Below are positions 1-6,773 of a stretch of 33,112 nt of DNA, one piece after another. The notes beneath the pieces were generated by a model. The model was not told the origin of the DNA and searched no databases. It saw only the letters and a list, made by a program, of their open reading frames with translations. How positions within the stretch are numbered: position 1 is the stretch's first letter; each line of letters opens with the position of its first letter. Position numbers and translations under genes: made by a program. This DNA comes from a virus (Duplodnaviria > Caudoviricetes), in the IMG/VR virus record IMGVR_UViG_3300020043_003697, positions 1 to 33,112 of that record. One strand, given 5' to 3'.

Positions 1-121
1 GCCAAGGCCATCACCATTGCCAGAGCCGTCACCATAGCCAGAGCCTAAAAAGTCCACAAATTGTTTATTATTTATAGTCATTGATTCCTTTTGCAGCAAA
101 TGTTTAATAATTAGCCAGAGC
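1..121. repeat. Terminal direct repeat, identical to 32992-33112 (circular overlap; complete genome)
   Basis: gccaaggccatcacc...ttagccagagc is read identically at both ends (121 nt). The Gly-rich ORF runs through the junction, so this is most likely an assembler overlap of a circular or circularly permuted phage genome. Confidence 0.95.
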
Positions 122-314
122 TATAGCCATCGCTATAGCCATAACCAGAGCCTGAGCCATCGCCAGAGCCAGCGCCAGAGCCAGAGCCAGCGCCAGAGCC
201 AGCGCCAGCGCCGGAACCAGCGCCATCGCCAGAGCCTGAGCCAAAGCCATAGCCAAAGCCTGAGCCAAAGCCATCACCATAGCCATTTGCAAATTTTTTA
301 TTATTTATAGTCAT
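111..314 (-). CDS. Gly-rich (Gly-X)n low-complexity protein, copy 1 (67 aa, MTINNKKFANGYGDG...)
   Basis: Open frame of GSG/GAG/GYG/GDG dipeptide repeats. The ATG at 312-314 overlaps the end of the upstream gene, and the MTINNK start is shared with copy 2. Confidence 0.65.
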   Translation of the reverse strand: MTINNKKFANGYGDGFGSGFGYGFGSGSGDGAGSGAGAGSGAGSGSGAGSGDGSGSGYGYSDGYSSG

Positions 315-666
315 TGATTGATGTTTTCGCAACATCGCTACAAGGGATGAGTTCGCATACGCCATTTAACAAGATTTCTGGATTGAGTGTATCAATTTTG
401 CATGATTCACCTTGCAATCCTGTCTGCGCAACACCTGAGAGCGCCACGCCTTCATTAGCTTTCCAGGACCATAAGCGTCTAGAGTTTTTTAAAATCACGC
501 TTTCACCGTCTACGCTTACAACTTCACCAGCATGTACACCTGCTGAATAGCATCGAGCAATTACGTACTTACCTACAAATACGTGTTGAGCTTGATTCTG
601 AGTTTGCAAATTAAACATTGCCGCGATTTCTTTAATTTGGCCTAATGTCATATCGTTGATGTTCAT
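301..666 (-). CDS. DUF6948-like phage protein (121 aa)
   Basis: Start MNINDMTLGQ follows a TAGGAA SD-like sequence. The motif GKYVIARCYSAGVHAGEV...LKNSRRLWSW...LSGVAQTG is recalled as DUF6948-type. Confidence 0.75.
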   Translation of the reverse strand: MNINDMTLGQIKEIAAMFNLQTQNQAQHVFVGKYVIARCYSAGVHAGEVVSVDGESVILKNSRRLWSWKANEGVALSGVAQTGLQGESCKIDTLNPEILLNGVCELIPCSDVAKTSINDYK

Positions 667-690
667 TTTTATTCCTAATTGTGTAAAGTT

Positions 691-731
691 AAAAAAAGCC
701 GAATTCGGACTACGCGTAAAGCGCATTCGGC
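691..731 (-). terminator. Putative intrinsic terminator/attenuator between ssb and the DUF6948-like gene
   Basis: GCCGAAT (698-704) and ATTCGGC (725-731) form an inverted repeat, followed on the minus strand by 7 T (plus-strand A-run 691-697). Confidence 0.5.
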
Positions 732-767
732 AGCCGTGTTTTTCTTAGGAAACTTTAATTGCTTAAT

Positions 768-1154
768 TTAAAACGCTATATCGTCGTTATTAAATTCTGC
801 ATCCTTTTTTGATTTTAATGTTGGCTTAAAATCGGTTGCCGCATTTGCCTGTTGTTTTTCGCCTTGCAAAGCAATGTCGTTAACTCGCACATCCATTGCT
901 TTTCTTGTTACTCCACTTTTATCTGTCCAGTCTCTTTCAGATACTGTTCCACACACTGTTACTTTTTGACCCTTAGACAAATATTGTTGTAAGGATTCAG
1001 CGCGTTTGCCAAACAATGAGCAATTCCACCAAATTGTCGGTTTATCTTTCCCCTGTTGATCCGCAACTGAAAACGAACATACTGGATCGCCGTTTGACAG
1101 GTGCCTAAGTTCTGAGTCTTTGCCAAGCTGTCCTGAAATAGTGATGTTATTAAT
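768..1154 (-). CDS. ssb: Single-stranded DNA-binding protein; probable ATT start codon
   Basis: The frame extends upstream of the track ORF: INNITISGQLGKDSELRHLSNGDPVCSFSVAD...WWNCSLFGKRAESL...KGQKVTVCG, ending in the acidic tail DDIAF. AAGGAG lies 7 nt before the ATT. Confidence 0.9.
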   Translation of the reverse strand: MNNITISGQLGKDSELRHLSNGDPVCSFSVADQQGKDKPTIWWNCSLFGKRAESLQQYLSKGQKVTVCGTVSERDWTDKSGVTRKAMDVRVNDIALQGEKQQANAATDFKPTLKSKKDAEFNNDDIAF

Positions 1155-1155
1155 T

Positions 1156-1734
1156 TTAATTCTCCTTAAAAGTTGAAAGTGATTGTTTACGTTGTGTCGC
1201 TGCTGATTGAAGTTTTAATAGTTGTTCTTGGGATGCACCGCCATTTACTGCCGCTTTAAGATATATTGCAATTTGCGGAATATCAGATGAAACATTAATT
1301 AACGAAATTAATTCATCCACTCGCATTTCGTTTAATACTTGAGGTTTGCTTGCCTCATTTCCATCATCATCAGCTTGATAAAGACCTGTAATCGCTGCTA
1401 GTGCATAGCGTCTAGAATAAGTTGCCGCACTGCCGTAACCTTGAGCGTCATTCTTTTGCAAAGGCATTGTTAGCACGTCTTCGATCCACTCTCCTGATTC
1501 GTGCATTAAGCGGGTTGTAAGATTTAGTTTGCCTGCCTCGCTCGGAGAGAATGACTGAATAAAAATGATGCCGTTATTGTTTAGCGGTTTTTTTATTGCC
1601 TCAATGACTGACTCAAGATCCGCGTAAGAACTTTTAAAATGCGGGTTAGTAGAATCTTTTATTGCAAAAGTTATTTCTTTTTGTGCTTTTAATAGCGCGG
1701 GTGCTATTTTTTCTACTGTTTGTGATGTTTTCAT
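1156..1734 (-). CDS. erf: ERF-family single-strand annealing recombinase
   Basis: Motifs KDSTNPHFKSSYADL, TTRLMHESGEWI and QGYGSAATYSRRYAL...DDDGN; adjacent to ssb. Confidence 0.9.
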   Translation of the reverse strand: MKTSQTVEKIAPALLKAQKEITFAIKDSTNPHFKSSYADLESVIEAIKKPLNNNGIIFIQSFSPSEAGKLNLTTRLMHESGEWIEDVLTMPLQKNDAQGYGSAATYSRRYALAAITGLYQADDDGNEASKPQVLNEMRVDELISLINVSSDIPQIAIYLKAAVNGGASQEQLLKLQSAATQRKQSLSTFKEN

Positions 1735-1754
1735 TTTCTATGCCTAGATTAAAA

Positions 1755-1850
1755 TTAATTCTCTGCTTGTTTATCGTGTTCTATTTGTTTATTTGCTGCT
1801 GCCTCGTTATTACTTTCCTCAAAATCAATTCCGTAATCTTCAGTCTCCAC
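1755..1850 (-). CDS. Small acidic hypothetical protein (31 aa, GTG start)
   Basis: Hand-translated VETEDYGIDFEESNNEAAANKQIEHDKQAEN; fills the gap in the leftward operon. Confidence 0.4.
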   Translation of the reverse strand: METEDYGIDFEESNNEAAANKQIEHDKQAEN

Positions 1851-2073
1851 AATCTAACCCTCTCAATTTAAAACAAACTTTATATAGATTCTCTCTGTTT
1901 TGCTTATGCTCATTTTTTAAGATAAGCATTGCCTTGTGATAATGTCTGGTTAGTTCTGACATCCTTTCTATTTCCTCAAAATTTTTAGCAAGCAATTTGT
2001 TTTTTAAATATTTTAAATACATAATTTTTAAACTGGGAATAGGTTTAAAAATATCATCTAATATTGTTGTCAT
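1840..2073 (-). CDS. Hypothetical protein (77 aa)
   Basis: ORF track; ATGA-coupled to the upstream small ORF; same strand as the operon. Confidence 0.6.
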   Translation of the reverse strand: MTTILDDIFKPIPSLKIMYLKYLKNKLLAKNFEEIERMSELTRHYHKAMLILKNEHKQNRENLYKVCFKLRGLDCGD

Positions 2074-2183
2074 AAGTAACTTTCAACAAAAGATGCTACA
2101 TATTCAACGACAAACGATGAAACAAAACACAAAATAAAAATAGCCACAATTGCCGCAAAATCTTCTAACGTTGACTTAGCCAT
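2070..2183 (-). CDS. Small membrane peptide (37 aa)
   Basis: Hand-translated MAKSTLEDFAAIVAIFILCFVSSFVVEYVASFVESYL; one hydrophobic segment; overlaps both neighbours. Confidence 0.55.
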   Translation of the reverse strand: MAKSTLEDFAAIVAIFILCFVSSFVVEYVASFVESYL

Positions 2184-2319
2184 TTTGTACCCTTTTATCA
2201 GTTAAAAACCATCCTAATTGACGGCGAATTTCCTCAATTGTTTGTTTTGAAGTATCTTTTTTACGATCTCTATTTATCCAGCTTCTAACAGCTTCTTTTG
2301 TTGGCTTTGTTTCTTGCAT
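2176..2319 (-). CDS. Small hypothetical protein (47 aa)
   Basis: Hand-translated MQETKPTKEAVRSWINRDRKK...IEEIRRQLGWFL...; AAGGGG SD upstream. Confidence 0.6.
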   Translation of the reverse strand: MQETKPTKEAVRSWINRDRKKDTSKQTIEEIRRQLGWFLTDKRVQNG

Positions 2320-2359
2320 CTCATCCCCTTTAGGTTTTGACTGCTAAAAATTACCACTA

Positions 2360-2462
2360 CAACACGTAGGGCGGCTAAGTTGTCACTTAACGTAATTACT
2401 TAAAGTCCCCCGACAATAAATAATTATTTTCGCCCTACGTGTTGCCCATCGCAAAATGGGCA
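2360..2462 (-). other. Structured non-coding element in the leftward early transcript
   Basis: Perfect 14-bp inverted repeat (2360-2373 / 2431-2444) plus the hairpin TGCCCAT/ATGGGCA (2443-2462), in an ORF-free gap. Confidence 0.6.
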
Positions 2463-2467
2463 CTTTA

Positions 2468-2773
2468 TTAAATATGCGCTTGCAACTTTAAATTCGGCGT
2501 CAATTGATCTTCAAATGCCGCTTGCCTTGCCCATTTTTCAGCGTATTTTTGAAGATCATAAGCAAGCGGATAGTTGTAAACCCATGCACTTATAACCTTA
2601 AAATGTAAAGATGATTCATCATTGTTCGCATCATCCAGCCAGCCTATTGCGTAACAGCGGACTTCTTTTTCTGTCAATTGATCTGGAAAAAAGACACAAT
2701 CTTGTTCTTCGCTGCAATCGGATTCTGGCTCCATTCGGTCATATTGTCTTTGCGCTTTGTCTAGTCCTATCAT
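2468..2773 (-). CDS. Hypothetical protein, first gene of the leftward operon (101 aa)
   Basis: ORF track; GAGGA SD upstream; lies directly downstream of the leftward promoter. Confidence 0.75.
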   Translation of the reverse strand: MIGLDKAQRQYDRMEPESDCSEEQDCVFFPDQLTEKEVRCYAIGWLDDANNDESSLHFKVISAWVYNYPLAYDLQKYAEKWARQAAFEDQLTPNLKLQAHI

Positions 2774-2814
2774 GCTGTCCTCAGTCGTGGTGTGTTGTGT
2801 GCTGCAGTAACTAC

Positions 2815-2842
2815 ATTATGACATAAAAAAATAAAAGCGCAA
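2815..2842 (-). promoter_or_regulatory. Leftward early sigma70-type promoter (PL-like)
   Basis: Minus strand TTGCGC (2837-2842), 16-nt spacer, CATAAT (2815-2820) with a TGn extended -10. Confidence 0.6.
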
Positions 2843-2868
2843 GAAAAATAAATAAAATTATTTGTGTG

Positions 2869-2897
2869 TTGTATTTATTTATTCTAGCCGTTATACT
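2869..2897 (+). promoter_or_regulatory. Rightward early sigma70-type promoter (PR-like)
   Basis: TTGTAT (2869-2874), 17-nt spacer, TATACT (2892-2897). Confidence 0.65.
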
Positions 2898-2925
2898 TGC
2901 AACATCTAAACAATGTAAGGATTTT

Positions 2926-3114
2926 ATGTCAAATTTGCCGAAATTAATTAAAGAGATATTGTGGGAAACTCGATGGAGTCAAGAAAATCTAGCTGAAGAA
3001 TTAGACTGTACCCAACCAACAATATCTCGTATAAAAGCGGGGGGTGATTGCTTAAATAGCATGGGCGACAAAATTAGAGCGCTTCATTTAAAACATTGCA
3101 AAGGGAAAAAATGA
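2926..3114 (+). CDS. Cro-like XRE helix-turn-helix regulator (62 aa)
   Basis: HTH pattern WSQENLAEELDCTQPTISRIKAG; AAGGA SD before ATG 2926; first gene after the rightward promoter. Confidence 0.8.
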   Translation: MSNLPKLIKEILWETRWSQENLAEELDCTQPTISRIKAGGDCLNSMGDKIRALHLKHCKGKK

Positions 3115-3374
3115 AAACAGGCGATCAAGTCATGTTAAATATCGTTAATAATATTTTGTTTGCGCGTCCAACAAAAAAAATAATTTATGATCGGGAGCAA
3201 TTTTTAATTGATAAATTCGCCAACTCTGTTTTTACAGTTGCCGAAGCTGCAAGCGTTTTTAACATTAAAAAAAATGCTACACAAAGCGCAATTAATAAGC
3301 TGCTGAAAAAAGGTGCGGTAATTGTTGTTGAGCCGCGACATGCAAGTAGTCCAGCAAAATATAAATTATCATGA
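3111..3374 (+). CDS. Putative winged-helix DNA-binding protein
   Basis: FTVAEAASVFNIKKNATQSAINKLLKKGAV wHTH-like pattern; ATGA overlap with the cro-like gene. Confidence 0.6.
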   Translation: MKTGDQVMLNIVNNILFARPTKKIIYDREQFLIDKFANSVFTVAEAASVFNIKKNATQSAINKLLKKGAVIVVEPRHASSPAKYKLS

Positions 3375-3793
3375 TAATTATTAACAGCGATAAAGCATTA
3401 CTATCTACAGTAGATAACATTAAAGATTTATATTGCAAGCATAAATTTTTGCGAATAACTATTAAAACAGGGAAAGATAGGAGCCTTGATTACAATTCGT
3501 TATCGCATGTTTGGTATGCTGAAATTGCCAATCAATTAAAAGATGAGGATGCTCTAGGATGGAAAAACCACTGTAAATTGCATTTCGGTGTTCCGCTTTT
3601 ACGCGCAGATGATGAAGAATTTAGGGAGATATACGACAAATCAATAAAACTTTTATCGTATGAAAAAAAATTGCAAGCAATGAAATATTTTCCTGTTACT
3701 TCAATTATGACAAATGAGCAATTTGGAAAATACTTGCAGGAAATACAGTTGTATTTTTACGACTTGGGTGTAAATTTAACGTTTCAGTCTTAA
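3371..3793 (+). CDS. NinB/Orf-like recombination accessory protein
   Basis: RSLDYNSLSHVWYAEIA and TSIMTNEQFGKYLQEI resemble NinB-family motifs. Confidence 0.55.
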   Translation: MIIINSDKALLSTVDNIKDLYCKHKFLRITIKTGKDRSLDYNSLSHVWYAEIANQLKDEDALGWKNHCKLHFGVPLLRADDEEFREIYDKSIKLLSYEKKLQAMKYFPVTSIMTNEQFGKYLQEIQLYFYDLGVNLTFQS

Positions 3794-3813
3794 AAGTGTA
3801 GTATGATTTTTAG

Positions 3814-3962
3814 TGATGCGCAACGCATCATATTCATAAGCCCTGCCATTTTGACCGATGGCAGATAACGCAATTAGTAATGGACTTTGGGAGGGGATGG
3901 CTAATCTGCAAAGACGCCACCCCGAATTACTACGGGGGGTCAATCTCCCTCTCCCAAAGTCC
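3814..3962 (+). promoter_or_regulatory. Structured leader upstream of the replication initiator
   Basis: Hairpins at 3814-3830 and 3843-3864, then a 12-bp perfect stem (3882-3893 / 3951-3962) ending just before the SD of the next gene. Confidence 0.55.
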
Positions 3963-3975
3963 TGAAAAGGAAAAT

Positions 3976-4734
3976 ATGCACTATTACAAATTTAATATTG
4001 CTGATTATCGCAAAGACACTAACCATTTAACAACAATTGAACATGGCATTTATCGTCAATTGATGGACTGGTATTACCTTGATGAAAAACCAATTCCTTT
4101 AGAAACCCAAGTGGTTATTCGGCGGTTACGATTGAGTAATGATGAAGTTGGTTTTCTTCAAAACGTTTTAGAAGATTTTTTCATTTTGGGCAAAGCAGGA
4201 TACACGCACAAAAGAATTGATGTTGAAATTAAAGATTATCATTCGCAGGCAGAAAAAAATAAAATCAATGGCAAGCTAGGCGGAAGGCCAAAGAAAACCC
4301 AATCGGTTATGTTTGGGTTGCCAGATGATAGCGAAAATAACCCTAACCATAAACCAATAACCAATAACCATAAACCATTAATTAAAGAAGAATCATTAAA
4401 AGAAAAAATTAAAAAAGAAACCGCAACCGCTGCGCGTTTGCCAAGCGACTGGGAACCGTCTTTGCAAGACATCGAATTTTGTCAATTAACGCGACCAGAC
4501 CTGACCCCACATGACATTGCTAGCGGTTTTAGGGATTATTGGATAGCGCAGCCAGGAGCAAAAGGAAAAAAGTTAGATTGGTCAGCGACTTGGCGCAATT
4601 GGGTCAGAAACGCACGACAACCAGCACAACAAAGGCCACAGGCTCAATACCAAAGCGCAACCGACAAAGCTAAAACATTGGCGGATAGATTGACAGGGAG
4701 AGTGAAAAATGAACGCATTATCGACATCAACTGA
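3976..4734 (+). CDS. Replication initiator, YdaU/DUF1376 family (O-like)
   Basis: Start MHYYKFNIADY follows AAGGAA; motifs EHGIYRQLMDWYY, GYTHKRID and NGKLGGRP; C-terminal FRDYW...KKLDWSATWRNWVRN. Confidence 0.85.
   Translation: MHYYKFNIADYRKDTNHLTTIEHGIYRQLMDWYYLDEKPIPLETQVVIRRLRLSNDEVGFLQNVLEDFFILGKAGYTHKRIDVEIKDYHSQAEKNKINGKLGGRPKKTQSVMFGLPDDSENNPNHKPITNNHKPLIKEESLKEKIKKETATAARLPSDWEPSLQDIEFCQLTRPDLTPHDIASGFRDYWIAQPGAKGKKLDWSATWRNWVRNARQPAQQRPQAQYQSATDKAKTLADRLTGRVKNERIIDIN
4103..4378. repeat. Iteron-like repeats inside the initiator gene (candidate origin)
   Basis: AAACCCAAnnGGTTAT at 4103-4118 and 4295-4310; five 7-bp (T/A)AACCA(A/T) units at 4344-4378, followed by an A-rich tract. Confidence 0.55.
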
Positions 4735-5407
4735 TTTAGATTCTATGCCGATAGCATGGGTTGAAAAGATATTTGATCAAATGTTATTGACGTATGGAAA
4801 GAAATTTACGGATCAATGGGGCGGTGCTGATCCTGACAAACTGATCAAATTTTGGTGCGTTGGCTTGGCGGGATATGCAGGCAATGAGATTAAACGCGGG
4901 TTATCGGGATTGGATATGACAGAGTGGCCACCGACATTGCCGGAATTTAAAAAGATGTGCAGACCAAGCATTGATCCTCTAGTTGCATATTACGAGGCTT
5001 TAAACGGGCTTCAGGAGCGATTAAAGGGTGAGGTTGGCACGTGGAGTCACCCTGCGATTTTTCATGCTTCTAAAGGGCTGCAATTTGATTTACTCAATCA
5101 AACTTACAGCCAGATCAAAACGAGGTGGGAAAATGCGCTTGCAGATCAATTGCAGAGAGGACATTGGGGGGAAATTGCAAAGCCGGTTTTAATGATTGCA
5201 ACAAGCACAACGCAAGCATCGAAAGATGAGGCTGCAAAAGCATTGGCAAAAATAGAAAGGCAAGCTGGTGTTGTTTTGGAGCATAAAACAGATCATCGGT
5301 TGTGGGCAAAAAAGATAATCAAATTGTCAAAGGAACGCGATCATGGATTATCTGAGGTACAAATAAGATTTGCAAAAGAGGCATTAAAGGAAAGGCAAGA
5401 TGCATGA
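4709..5407 (+). CDS. Replication protein P-like helicase loader
   Basis: Follows the initiator; motifs IFDQMLLTYGKKFTDQW and WPPTLPEFKKMCR are typical of this family. Confidence 0.7.
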   Translation: MNALSTSTDLDSMPIAWVEKIFDQMLLTYGKKFTDQWGGADPDKLIKFWCVGLAGYAGNEIKRGLSGLDMTEWPPTLPEFKKMCRPSIDPLVAYYEALNGLQERLKGEVGTWSHPAIFHASKGLQFDLLNQTYSQIKTRWENALADQLQRGHWGEIAKPVLMIATSTTQASKDEAAKALAKIERQAGVVLEHKTDHRLWAKKIIKLSKERDHGLSEVQIRFAKEALKERQDA

Positions 5408-5597
5408 AGATCATCGTTTTAAATGCGAAGTAAGGCATATTTTAAAGTTAAGAATTTTGGGAAAATATGAAGTGGATAAATATTTAACTTTGGTCGAAAA
5501 AATGCGAGGTAAAAATGAAAGATATAAATTGCAAGATGAAGCAAAAAAGCAATGGGAAAAGAGCAATCGTGGAAAATATGACGACTGGAAAACCTAA
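5400..5597 (+). CDS. Hypothetical protein (65 aa)
   Basis: ORF track; overlapping operon arrangement. Confidence 0.7.
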   Translation: MHEDHRFKCEVRHILKLRILGKYEVDKYLTLVEKMRGKNERYKLQDEAKKQWEKSNRGKYDDWKT

Positions 5598-5613
5598 CTT
5601 TTGAAAGCCAAAA

Positions 5614-5802
5614 ATGAATAAAAATTTTGATGATTTATTATTAAAATTAACAGATTATGAGCAAGATATTACAGACATGGAAAGACTATTAATTGCTAAT
5701 GAAATAATGCGACTAAATCAAGAATTGGCAGAGGCGCAAGGGGCGATTGATTACGCAACTTTGTATATTGCTAAACCGGAATCTGGCAAAAAATTTAATT
5801 AA
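5614..5802 (+). CDS. Hypothetical coiled-coil protein (62 aa)
   Basis: ORF track; operon position. Confidence 0.6.
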   Translation: MNKNFDDLLLKLTDYEQDITDMERLLIANEIMRLNQELAEAQGAIDYATLYIAKPESGKKFN

Positions 5803-5817
5803 GTCGGGGAAATAAAA

Positions 5818-6243
5818 ATGATGGATCAAGAAAAAGCGGCAAAATATTTTATTGTTGGATGGATAAAGAATTGGAATTTGTATACATATTTGCAGGTTGT
5901 GACTGGCAAAAGCAAGCCAAACGTGCAAGATGCTCATAAAATTTATTCTTGGTTGCCAACGGACAAAGTTAATTTTATCAGGAAAGAAATTAAACGTTAT
6001 GTTGCCGACAATATACCAAAGTTAAGCGAAAAATTGTTTAATGAAAATGATAATTTAAAAAAGTTAGAATTTTACAAATTGGTAATGGTAAAAATTGGTG
6101 AAAAAAGCACAAATAAATTTGATAAAGCTAGAAAAAATTGGCTTGATGAAAGAAGAAAATTTAATGCTAAAACAAAAGAATCTATCTTGATAGCAGATCA
6201 ACATGATAGAAGTGCTGGGCATCATTGGAATATTTGTAAATGA
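5818..6243 (+). CDS. Hypothetical protein (141 aa)
   Basis: ORF track; GGGGA SD; its stop overlaps the ninG start. Confidence 0.7.
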   Translation: MMDQEKAAKYFIVGWIKNWNLYTYLQVVTGKSKPNVQDAHKIYSWLPTDKVNFIRKEIKRYVADNIPKLSEKLFNENDNLKKLEFYKLVMVKIGEKSTNKFDKARKNWLDERRKFNAKTKESILIADQHDRSAGHHWNICK

Positions 6244-6773
6244 GTATATGTAAATGTTGCAAAAAAAAATATGAGAAATCGAGGCCAATGCAGGTGGTTT
6301 GCGGGTTAGATTGTGCCTTGATTTACTCAAAAGTAACTGCAAAAAAAAAGGAAAAAAAAGAAATTAAGATAAAAAAAGATGCTTTAAAACCATTAAGTTA
6401 TTATGTAAAAAAAGCTGAAAAAGTTTGCAATGAGTACATACGTTTGCGCGATGCAAATTCGCCTTGTATTTCGTGTAATGCAGTAAATGCAAAAAAGTGG
6501 GATGCTGGCCATTATATTTCAGTTGGCGCAAATAGATCGTTAAGATTTAACGAATTAAATATTCATAAGCAATGCTCATTTAATTGCAATGTCAATCTTT
6601 CTGGTAATTTAATCAATTACAGAAAAGGATTATTAAAAAAAATTGGCGAGGAAAAATTGTCGTGGTTGGAAGGTTGGCACGAACCTGAAAAAATGACAAA
6701 AGAAAAAGCAATGGCAGTAGAAAAATATTTTAAAGAAAAGTTAAATAATTTAAAAAAGGGCAATCATGGATAA
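6240..6773 (+). CDS. ninG: NinG/Rap-family structure-specific endonuclease
   Basis: CKCC...VVCGLDCA, YIRLRD...CISC...WDAGHY, LRFNELNIHKQC..NCN..LSGN...YR motifs. Confidence 0.9.
   Translation: MSICKCCKKKYEKSRPMQVVCGLDCALIYSKVTAKKKEKKEIKIKKDALKPLSYYVKKAEKVCNEYIRLRDANSPCISCNAVNAKKWDAGHYISVGANRSLRFNELNIHKQCSFNCNVNLSGNLINYRKGLLKKIGEEKLSWLEGWHEPEKMTKEKAMAVEKYFKEKLNNLKKGNHG

Noticed and set aside
111-290. Repeat tract as a CRISPR array or DGR template/variable pair
   Set aside because: Hexamer coding repeats with no repeat-spacer periodicity; no cas or reverse transcriptase gene; the differences between copies are not adenine-specific.
104-292. Ala/Leu/Met-repeat ORF (also 32721-33026)
   Set aside because: Alternative-frame shadow of the GGC-NNN hexamer repeats; no SD. 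The Gly frame has the shared start cassette.
667-726. N-terminal extension of ORF 301-726
   Set aside because: It runs through a terminator-like hairpin; the SD-supported start is at 666.
3880-3975. N-terminal extension of the initiator
   Set aside because: It overlaps the long stem; the family-typical start MHYY with an SD is at 3976.
5818-6243. Antiterminator Q candidate
   Set aside because: The position is plausible, but I recognise no Q-family motif; left as hypothetical.
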